DNA of 64,000 nucleotides. Source: Patescibacteria group bacterium. Its GTDB lineage: Bacteria; Patescibacteriota; Patescibacteriia; Veblenbacterales; UBA10138. Position 1 is the stretch's first letter; the number at the start of each line of letters is the position of its first letter. This document shows positions 59,293-64,000 of the stretch, one piece after another. The position numbers and the translations under genes are program-made. Location of the stretch: positions 17,161-81,160 of the forward strand of contig JBAZOT010000005.1 of NCBI GenBank assembly GCA_041648575.1, read 5' to 3'. The notes under the pieces are model-generated. The model was given only the letters and a program-made list of their open reading frames with translations, did not search any database and was not told the origin of the DNA.

Positions 59293-59505
59293 CACCTGAT
59301 TTAAAACAAAAAAACAAAACTGTTCCGACTAATTGGAGCAGTTTTGTTATAATTAGGACATAGGCGTTTAGCCTACTCTGCGTCATTGCGAGGATCCGCC
59401 AGTTGGCGGAGACGAAGCAATCTTAATAAAACACCAGTACCAACAAGAGATTGCCTCGCTGAAGCTCGCAATGACACTAAACGTGTAAATTCTAATAATA
59501 CTAAT

Positions 59506-60123
59506 ATGTATGGATTTAATAAAAGAGAATTGGCGATTTTTAGAAAATTGACTTCTCCGGTCAAAATTCAGGATTATTTAGAAACAATTCCTATAAATTT
59601 TGAAAAAAAAGGTGAAACTTGTATGTCGCCACGGCTAGTGTTGAGGGAATATAAAGCTCATTGTATAGAAGGCGCTATGCTGGCAGCTGTGGCCTTGAGA
59701 TTTTTAGGATATAAACCATTGGTTTTGGATTTAACAGTTTCTGTCCAAGATGATGATCACGTGATTACTGTTTTTAAACGAAATGGTTTATGGGGTGCAA
59801 TTAGTAAAATTAATCATTATGGTTTAAGATATCGTGATCCGGTATTTAGAGATATACGGGAGTTAGTAATGTCTTATTTTAATGAATATTTTATTGAAGA
59901 CGGTAGAAAAATCTTACGCAGTTATTCTTTGCCAGTTGATTTGTCACGTTTTGATAAGAGGGGCTGGATGACGAGTGAGAAAGATGTGTGGTATATTGTA
60001 GGGTATCTGGACCAAGTGAGACATTATCAGGTAGCGACTAAGACGGTTATTAAAAAATTACGATCGGCAGATAAATTAGAAATTAAGGCGAGTTCTTTAG
60101 TGCAGTGGCCGCCAAAAAAATAA
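59506..60123 (+). CDS. transglutaminase-like (papain-fold) domain protein
   Basis: AHCIEGAMLAAVALRFLGYKPLVL matches the transglutaminase-core Cys motif, followed by DDDHV (His) and downstream Asp. The ORF track starts at 59386, but that N-terminus lies inside a hairpin-rich leader, so the ATG at 59506 is preferred. Confidence 0.4.
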   Translation: MYGFNKRELAIFRKLTSPVKIQDYLETIPINFEKKGETCMSPRLVLREYKAHCIEGAMLAAVALRFLGYKPLVLDLTVSVQDDDHVITVFKRNGLWGAISKINHYGLRYRDPVFRDIRELVMSYFNEYFIEDGRKILRSYSLPVDLSRFDKRGWMTSEKDVWYIVGYLDQVRHYQVATKTVIKKLRSADKLEIKASSLVQWPPKK

Positions 60124-60126
60124 ATT

Positions 60127-60534
60127 ATGAACCATACACTTAACACTAAAATTGCGCCGTTTAAAGTAAGAATGTTTTATTTCGCCTTAGCTTTGCTTTC
60201 AATTATTGCTTACCGCAGCATAATTGTTCTTAATAATTTTAGCGGATTTTGGGTGTCGTTTGCTTGGTATTTAGGCACCATTACTGTAACTATATATTAT
60301 ATTCACAGATATCAAATATCTAAAAAACGTTTAGCGATTATTAAACAATATAAATTAGATGAAAAGGTGGAGTTACTAAGCGCTTTGGGTGTTCATGATA
60401 AAGAGGCACTGCATTATTTATTAGAATCATTAGAATCTTCAACCGAAAGGTGGAATTATTTATTTACATTTTCTACAACAATTCTAGCTTTAATTGCTGG
60501 TATTATTATTGATATTATTAATCATTTAAATTAA
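60127..60534 (+). CDS. hypothetical membrane protein
   Basis: 135 aa with three transmembrane helices. Confidence 0.35.
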   Translation: MNHTLNTKIAPFKVRMFYFALALLSIIAYRSIIVLNNFSGFWVSFAWYLGTITVTIYYIHRYQISKKRLAIIKQYKLDEKVELLSALGVHDKEALHYLLESLESSTERWNYLFTFSTTILALIAGIIIDIINHLN

Positions 60535-61281
60535 ATGGTTTGGTTATACACCTTAACTAGCGTTTTTATAATAAGTTTAGCTTCATTTGTTGGTTTGCTG
60601 ACCCTGTCTTTACGTCTAGATCAGCTAAAAAAATTATTGTTTTTTTTAATTAGTTTTGCCGCAGGTGCTTTATTGGGTGATACTTTTTTGCATATATTTC
60701 CAGAGTTGATAGCAGAATCTGGTTTTACCATTAGCTTGGCTTTTTATTTATTATTTTCCATAATATTATTTTTTATTTTGGAAAGATTTATTCGCTGGCA
60801 TCATTATCATCATGTAGAAGAAAAAGACCAGCACCCAGTTGGTTATTTAAATTTAGTTGGCGACGGTTTTCATAATTTTATTGACGGGATGATTATTGGC
60901 GCCTCTTATTTAGTAAGCATACCTTTGGGTTTAGCCACTACTTTGGCAGTGTTATTTCACGAATTACCTCAGGAAATTGGAGATTTTGCCATTTTGTTGC
61001 ATAGCGGTTTTAGTAAAAGAAAGGCATTATTTTTTAATTTCCTTTCTGCTTTATTGGCGGTATTAGGGGCGGTATTGATATTATGGCTAGGGGCTGGTAT
61101 AGGGGTGAAGATTACTTCACCGCTGTTAGCGTTAACTGCTGGTGGTTTCATTTATATTGCTACTGTGGATTTAATACCAGAGCTGCATAAAGAATCTAAT
61201 TTAGGCAAATCTTTAATACAGCTTGTTGCCCTATTGTTTGGCATAGGATTAATGGCTTTGTTTTTATTAATCGGTGAGTAA
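60535..61281 (+). CDS. ZIP family metal (zinc) transporter
   Basis: His-rich loop HHYHH, the conserved HELPQEIGDFAIL, and GGFIYIA transmembrane motifs. Confidence 0.8.
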   Translation: MVWLYTLTSVFIISLASFVGLLTLSLRLDQLKKLLFFLISFAAGALLGDTFLHIFPELIAESGFTISLAFYLLFSIILFFILERFIRWHHYHHVEEKDQHPVGYLNLVGDGFHNFIDGMIIGASYLVSIPLGLATTLAVLFHELPQEIGDFAILLHSGFSKRKALFFNFLSALLAVLGAVLILWLGAGIGVKITSPLLALTAGGFIYIATVDLIPELHKESNLGKSLIQLVALLFGIGLMALFLLIGE

Positions 61282-61413
61282 AAGTTTCAAAAAAATTAAG
61301 ATCTTGACAAAAAATGTATTTTTGCTATTATTAAAAATTAAAATAAAATTATAATAATTGTACTTTTCAATCAAAAAAATTAAAGTTCTCTTTAGAGAGA
61401 AAGGAGAGTATTT

Positions 61414-62040
61414 GTGTCAAAATCAGCATATTTTGAGTTGATAGAGCAGACAGGATCAGAGATGAGGGGACGGCACATATTACCGATCAATCGTGAAACT
61501 ATCATGCATCCAATTACGATGGAGGCTATGGATGATGAAAAAAGGGTTAATCGGAAGAATCCTTGTATTGTTCTTTTGGAACCAGGGATGCACCTTACTC
61601 ATTTGCGGGCTGGTACGTTGCTTGATTGGTTTGATGACAAGGCAGATGACATGTCCAGTAGCGGACCTAATGGTGGTTGTGTTTTTCCTGTAATTCCATT
61701 CTCAAAATGCCATGCGGCTTTTCCGCGGCATAAGGAGCAGTTAGCTGTTTTTTGTATGCTAGATGAAGATATGTTTTTTATTTCACCTAGCGGTCAAACA
61801 ATCGTTATTAGAAACAGCGAACCATTGGGTTCTTTGTTCGATAATATTGTAGGTGACAGCGCTGTGTTGTCTTCGTCGGTTGTTAAGTTGGTTAATAGTG
61901 GTGATGTTTTGCTAAATTGTGTTGGTATGAATCATCGCTGTCATCCTAAGCATTCCAAAGAGGTTTTTCCTAGGAAAGTAGTTAAACAACGGTTGATTCG
62001 ACAAGAAAGAATTCAATCTCTTAGACAAAAACTCCCCTAA
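61414..62040 (+). CDS. hypothetical protein
   Basis: 208-aa ORF with slightly elevated GC and no recognisable motif. Confidence 0.35.
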   Translation: MSKSAYFELIEQTGSEMRGRHILPINRETIMHPITMEAMDDEKRVNRKNPCIVLLEPGMHLTHLRAGTLLDWFDDKADDMSSSGPNGGCVFPVIPFSKCHAAFPRHKEQLAVFCMLDEDMFFISPSGQTIVIRNSEPLGSLFDNIVGDSAVLSSSVVKLVNSGDVLLNCVGMNHRCHPKHSKEVFPRKVVKQRLIRQERIQSLRQKLP

Positions 62041-62131
62041 ATCGGAGGTAAAAATACCAAACCCGCTTTGAAGCCATCAACATTCCTGTTGGTGGCTCTT
62101 TTTTAATATTTTAGTTAAAGTATAAGCGTAT

Positions 62132-63148
62132 ATGACAAATTATTTCTGGGGTCTAATACTATTTATTTTATCTTGGGTTTTTCCTCAGCCAGTTGATTTT
62201 GGTAATGAAATTATTAATCGTCCGCCTGATGAGGTAAAGGCGGTTTATGTTACCTCATATTCCGCACGTTCAGAGCGTATGGATGAGTTAATTCAACTAA
62301 TAGATGGTACAGAATTAAATGCTGTGGTAATAAATTTTAAAGAACCAAGTGACATATAAAATTGGTCAGGTTTGGGAGAGTTAATTTTAAAATTACAACA
62401 GAAAAATATTTGGACCATTGCTCGTATAGTAGTTTTTCAGGATGATGACTGGCCATTGCGAGACTCTGCCGTAGTTTTAAAATCGGCAGGGGGTGGATTA
62501 TGGCGCGATGGCGGTGGAAGGCTATGGTTAGATCCAGCTGCTCGGGAGGTTTGGCAATACAATGCCGAAGTTTCTAAGCAAGCCTTGGCTTTAGGATTTG
62601 ATGAAATTAATTTGGATTATATCCGTTTTCCTTCTGATGGTGTAGTTAGTAATATTAAATATCCGGTTTGGGATAGACAGCAAAGCAAAGAACAGATAAT
62701 TGCCGAATTTGCCCATTGGATTGTAAATGATATAAAAAAATTTAAGCCCCACGCTATAGTGTCAGCGGATTTATTTGCATTTAGTTTTGTGCAGGATTGG
62801 GATTTAGATATTGGTCAGCGGCTTAGTTTGCTAGCGCAGGATTTTGATGTATTAGCGCCGATGGTTTATCCTTCGCATTATAGTTCAGGAAATTTTGGTT
62901 TTACTAATCCAGCCGAGCATCCTAAGGAAGTGGTAAAGGAAACTTTGAATAAAGGTAAAGAAATTTTAGGAGATAGCCAAGTAATTATTAGGCCCTGGCT
63001 TCAAGATTTTAATATGGGCGCGCAATATACAGCCCCAATGGTGCGGGCACAAATTCAAGCAATTCAAGAATCAGGTTATAATTCAGGATGGATGTTATGG
63101 AATCCAGCTAATAAATATACAACCCAAGTTTTATATGCAAATCCTTAA
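62132..63148 (+). pseudogene. putative glycoside-hydrolase-like (DUF4015-like) gene interrupted by a single in-frame TAA (62357-62359)
   Basis: ORFs 62132-62359 and 62372-63148 are in the same frame. Reading through the TAA gives a continuous protein (..NAVVINFKEPSDI*NWSGLGELILK..) that I recognise as a DUF4015-like glycoside-hydrolase-family pattern. Confidence 0.5.
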
Positions 63149-63470
63149 CGAAGGAATCGAGCTGCTTTATACCAGGGAATGCCATAATTGGCAGCAGACG
63201 TTACAAAATCTAAAACAGGCACTGGAAATGGAAAAGGTTAAAGAACAGCCCAAAATAATTATCATGGATACCATGGAACAGGTTTATGCTTATAATTTTT
63301 TTGGGTCGCCCACCATTCACATTAATGGCCAGGACGTTGATCCCCGGGTGCGTCGCACTGGTAAGCGTGGTTTAGGTACAGATCGTCCTTATTTTTATCA
63401 AAGACGAAGTTGGGCTTTTCCTTCGGTAGAAATGATTAGAAAGGCCATTAAAGAGCTATATTATCTTTGA
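63135..63470 (+). CDS. hypothetical protein (possible thioredoxin-like fold)
   Basis: 111-aa ORF overlapping the upstream gene by 14 nt. It has a single Cys in TRECHNW, so the assignment is weak. Confidence 0.3.
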   Translation: MQILNEGIELLYTRECHNWQQTLQNLKQALEMEKVKEQPKIIIMDTMEQVYAYNFFGSPTIHINGQDVDPRVRRTGKRGLGTDRPYFYQRRSWAFPSVEMIRKAIKELYYL

Positions 63471-63528
63471 GGGTTAAAATTTTTTTTGACAAGTTTTAAA
63501 AGCAACGTTAATCTTAATATATAACAAT

Positions 63529-64000
63529 ATGACTTTAGAACAACTTTTTATCGAAGCCAAAGAAGCGGGCGCTTCTGATCTCCATTTAGTGGTTGGTAGA
63601 CCGCCGATTATTCGTTTACATGGTGAATTGAAACCATTAAATTATCCGGAAATGACGCCTAAGAAAATCGAGGAGCTAGTAATGGTTTTATTAAATCCGG
63701 CGCAGAAAGATAAGTTTTTAAAACTGTTAGATTTGGATATTTCTTATCAAGTCAAGGATTTAACTCGTTTTAGGATAAATCTTCATTTTGAAAGGGGTAA
63801 TATTGGTATGGTGGCTAGGGTAATTCCTTCGCAGATTCCCACCATGGAAGAAATTGAAATGCCGCCAGTGGTTTATGATGTAATACGTATGGATTATGGG
63901 TTGATTTTAGTTACTGGCCCCACTGGTTGTGGTAAATCTACTAGCTTGGCAGCAATGATTGATTTAATCAATCATGAGCGAACAGCTAACATTATAACTT
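63529..64000 (+). CDS. pilT: type IV pilus twitching-motility ATPase PilT (5' partial, continues beyond the window)
   Basis: Not in the ORF track because it is truncated by the window end. MTLEQLFIEAKEAGASDLHLVVGRPPIIRLHGEL... and Walker A GPTGCGKST are typical of PilT. A TTGACA -35-like hexamer sits at 63485. Confidence 0.8.
   Translation, partial: MTLEQLFIEAKEAGASDLHLVVGRPPIIRLHGELKPLNYPEMTPKKIEELVMVLLNPAQKDKFLKLLDLDISYQVKDLTRFRINLHFERGNIGMVARVIPSQIPTMEEIEMPPVVYDVIRMDYGLILVTGPTGCGKSTSLAAMIDLINHERTANIIT

Noticed and set aside
1-64000. Alternative genetic code (UGA or UAA recoding), as seen in some CPR lineages.
   Set aside because: Long uninterrupted ORFs for conserved proteins (pnp, dnaA, PBP1A, the giant proteins) are obtained with the standard code. 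Only one in-frame stop (the TAA at 62357) was seen, which fits a point mutation better than systematic recoding.
1-64000. CRISPR arrays or cas genes.
   Set aside because: There are no regularly spaced direct repeats of 25-40 bp. The only tandem repeats are 7-bp AT-rich arrays and the gene-internal protein-domain repeats.

Overview
This is a low-GC (about 33-35%) bacterial chromosome segment. Gene content and style suggest a Patescibacteria/CPR-like organism: class A PBP, LysM-M23 peptidase, PilT, two giant surface proteins, tRNAs with encoded CCA, and few biosynthetic genes. That lineage call is inference. The window includes the replication-origin neighbourhood: rpmH-rnpA-yidD-yidC on the minus strand, diverging from dnaA-dnaN on the plus strand. 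rpmH is missing from the ORF track because it is only 45 aa. Other core genes are H+-pyrophosphatase, nusA, rnhB, gdhA, trxB-trxA, a CsoR/RcnR-like repressor, tagA/wecB, a lexA + Y-family polymerase (dinB) module, PBP1A, tyrS, comM, lspA, the rpsO-NYN-pnp operon, xerC/D, a ZIP transporter and partial pilT. I identified five tRNAs by hand: Ala-GGC, Ala-CGC, Arg-CCU, Arg-UCU and His-GUG with G-1. The main features are listed here.
- A pair of GC-rich structured elements in inverted orientation with an identical 39-nt terminus, located at the rnhB/MTase and lexA/dinB junctions.
- Perfect 24-bp palindromes overlapping the start codons of lexA and csoR, and a 20-22 bp perfect palindrome duplicated on both sides of tRNA-Ala.
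- An HD-zinc ribbon-Nudix (NudC-like) fusion gene.
- A patatin-like protein whose nucleophile Ser is replaced by Ala.
- A GC-rich (about 50%) asparaginase islet next to tRNA-His, with a 10-nt direct repeat of the tRNA 3' end.
- Two giant surface proteins (1704 and 2132 aa) that share a near-identical approximately 190-aa C-terminal module, with identity extending past the stop codon.
- A putative glycoside-hydrolase-like (DUF4015-like) gene split by a single in-frame TAA.
- A 660-bp ORF-free region downstream of pnp containing DnaA-box-like 9-mers and hairpins.
I found no CRISPR array, no reverse transcriptase and no evidence of an alternative genetic code.
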